Assembly: GCA_965197745.1 (NCBI GenBank)
Contig: CBDANS010000006.1
Location: forward strand, 1,056,001-1,120,000
DNA length: 64,000 nucleotides
From: Opitutales bacterium
Lineage (GTDB): Bacteria > Verrucomicrobiota > Verrucomicrobiia > Opitutales > PNEW01
Direction: 5' to 3'
This document shows, piece by piece, positions 62,385 to 64,000 of the stretch. Below the pieces are notes generated by a model. The model saw nothing but the letters and a program-made list of their open reading frames with translations. It had not been told where the DNA came from and ran no database searches. The first letter of the stretch is position 1; every line of letters begins with the position of its first letter. Both the position numbers and the translations under genes were made by a program.

Positions 62385-63173
62385 TTAAAATTTCGCCCCA
62401 AGCTCGACGAGATTTTCCACCATACCACGAATACGCGGCCGATCACTGTTGAGAAATGCCTGGTGGGGTTGGAAGGCAATGCGGGTGTAATTATTAAGCA
62501 CGTCGAGGTGACGGTCGGTAGTTGGTTTAGCGGCAAACTTTAAAGCGATGATGCGGCGGCCTTCCCAACCACCGTAGATACTATGAAAGAGGCAGTGATT
62601 AAAAAAAACGACGTCACCGGATTCTGATTCCAAGGGGAAACCAGGAAGGTCTTCTCCAGATAAACCAAATGGCCTCACGTCAGGATCGATGTCTCTACCC
62701 ATGGTCTGAGCGCCAAGTTCTTTATGGAGAGGCATACGGTGGGATCCGGGGATAATCCGCAGGCATCCGGTATTTTTCGTAACCGGGTCTAGATAAAGCA
62801 TAATTTTTATGCGGCAATAACTGATATCTTTTTCTTCTTCTTTTCGCCAGCATTTACGGTCCGAATGCCAATTGTGGTATGCTCGATTCGTCACATTCCC
62901 TTCCGATCCAACCCAGATAAAATCGGGTCCCAGCAATTGTTCAACGGATTGAATTATTCGGTCATCATCCACCAATTCGGTCAATACAGGACTGATCTCC
63001 ATGAAATAATCCATGCTTATTCCGTCCTCACCGACAACTTCACGGTGCCGATGGTCCGCCCACAATTTTTCAGCTTCGAGCGTAATCTTTTCCATCTCCT
63101 GTGATGAGAAAGCCTGCCGTAAAAAGAGAAAACCAAAGGTCTCGAAGTGTGCTATTTGTCCTGGAGTCAACAT
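62385..63173 (-). CDS. PhyH-family dioxygenase
   Basis: WHSD, LRIIPGSH, LFHS. Confidence 0.88.
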   Translation of the reverse strand: MLTPGQIAHFETFGFLFLRQAFSSQEMEKITLEAEKLWADHRHREVVGEDGISMDYFMEISPVLTELVDDDRIIQSVEQLLGPDFIWVGSEGNVTNRAYHNWHSDRKCWRKEEEKDISYCRIKIMLYLDPVTKNTGCLRIIPGSHRMPLHKELGAQTMGRDIDPDVRPFGLSGEDLPGFPLESESGDVVFFNHCLFHSIYGGWEGRRIIALKFAAKPTTDRHLDVLNNYTRIAFQPHQAFLNSDRPRIRGMVENLVELGAKF

Positions 63174-63471
63174 CGTATCTTTAAGCAGCTTTTAAGCTTA
63201 GTAGAAAATAATAAACTACTCAACAGTTATCTCATCACGGGGAAACTGACTCCCTCACCATCTGGCGTCAGCGAATGTCATATCAATGCTTTGGGTCGGT
63301 TGTCCCGTTCGGCTTGAGCTTGTTCCGGAAAATCAGAGTCAGAAGACACCCTTCATTTTACAGTCTCGCAAGTGTGCGCATACAGAATAGAAAGGAATGC
63401 AAAAGTTTTACTTGCAGATTTTCGAGTTGCAGTAACGGTGTCGAAAATAATATCAGAACATGGAAAGAGCC

Positions 63472-64000
63472 ATGATTATCCTCACCCAAGACGAGATTGA
63501 TCAATTCAACGAAGAAGGGTATCTCGTCTACGAAGGTCTGTTTGACGACGACCACAATCAACGTATCAAAAACGATGTTAAACAGCTCATGGAAGATCGG
63601 CAGAATGCAAAAGACGATCCGATTATCATGAGCTATCCGGAATTGGGCCTCTTGACCTCTGAGCCCTCCATTGTAGACCGTGTAACCGACCTAATGAGCG
63701 GTGATAAATTCGTTCACCATCACATTCACGCCACCTGGCATCTGGCCGGTGATAAAGGCGTGCTCTGGCATCACGATTATGAGCAAGTGCCTCAAACCAA
63801 TCGTTCGCACCTAATGGTTCATGTCTTTATGTATATGGATGGATTAAATGGCGAAGTCGGGGACCTGCTCGTGCTGCCTGGAACCCATAAAAAAGTTATG
63901 AATAAAGATGCATTCGCCCCGTTTAAAAATGCAGATCTGCCCGGCTCACGCACGATCGACGACCTTGCGCCCGCGTCCATCGTCATTGTTCATTCAGCGA
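63472..64000 (+). CDS. PhyH-family dioxygenase, partial (runs off window)
   Basis: Manual translation MIILTQDEIDQFNEEGYLV...WHHDYEQ...LLVLPGTH. Confidence 0.82.
   Translation, partial: MIILTQDEIDQFNEEGYLVYEGLFDDDHNQRIKNDVKQLMEDRQNAKDDPIIMSYPELGLLTSEPSIVDRVTDLMSGDKFVHHHIHATWHLAGDKGVLWHHDYEQVPQTNRSHLMVHVFMYMDGLNGEVGDLLVLPGTHKKVMNKDAFAPFKNADLPGSRTIDDLAPASIVIVHSA

Noticed and set aside
63230..63360. Cobalamin riboswitch-like GAGTCAGAAGAC
   Set aside because: Upstream core elements (GGGAA-GGTG-AA-TCC, ACTGT) not recognisable; needs Infernal to settle.

Overview
Bacterial chromosomal window, probably Verrucomicrobiota/Opitutia. This is inferred from the AtpE and short AtpH sequences, a DUF5069-like gene and Opitutus-like secreted proteins. 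1-31.1 kb is mostly core or catabolic: a macro-domain gene, acyP, an uncharacterised sugar-catabolic cluster, pspF/pspABC with a sigma54 promoter, recA, mnmE-mnmG-trmB (with a parS palindrome inside mnmG), and an F1Fo atp operon with a four-helix-bundle gene between atpG and atpD. A complete IS1595-family element (7491-10176, 26-bp IRs, 8-bp TSD) cuts the signal peptide off a lactonase gene and carries a two-gene cargo: a large antitoxin-like protein plus a PIN nuclease, a candidate undescribed TA/defence module. After tRNA-Ile2 (31051-31126) lies an accessory, repeat-rich, partly decaying region. It holds a Sel1 gene split by an IS3, a stand-alone LanC-like gene lacking two Zn ligands, and most of the eight PhyH-family dioxygenases in the window. 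It also holds a family of secreted proteins sharing a ~275-aa constant C-terminal domain: three intact members with framework/hypervariable-loop N-termini, one frameshifted LRR+RCC1 member, and two orphan 3' stubs that end at the same 14-bp junction. All calls come from reading the sequence; no database searches were run.
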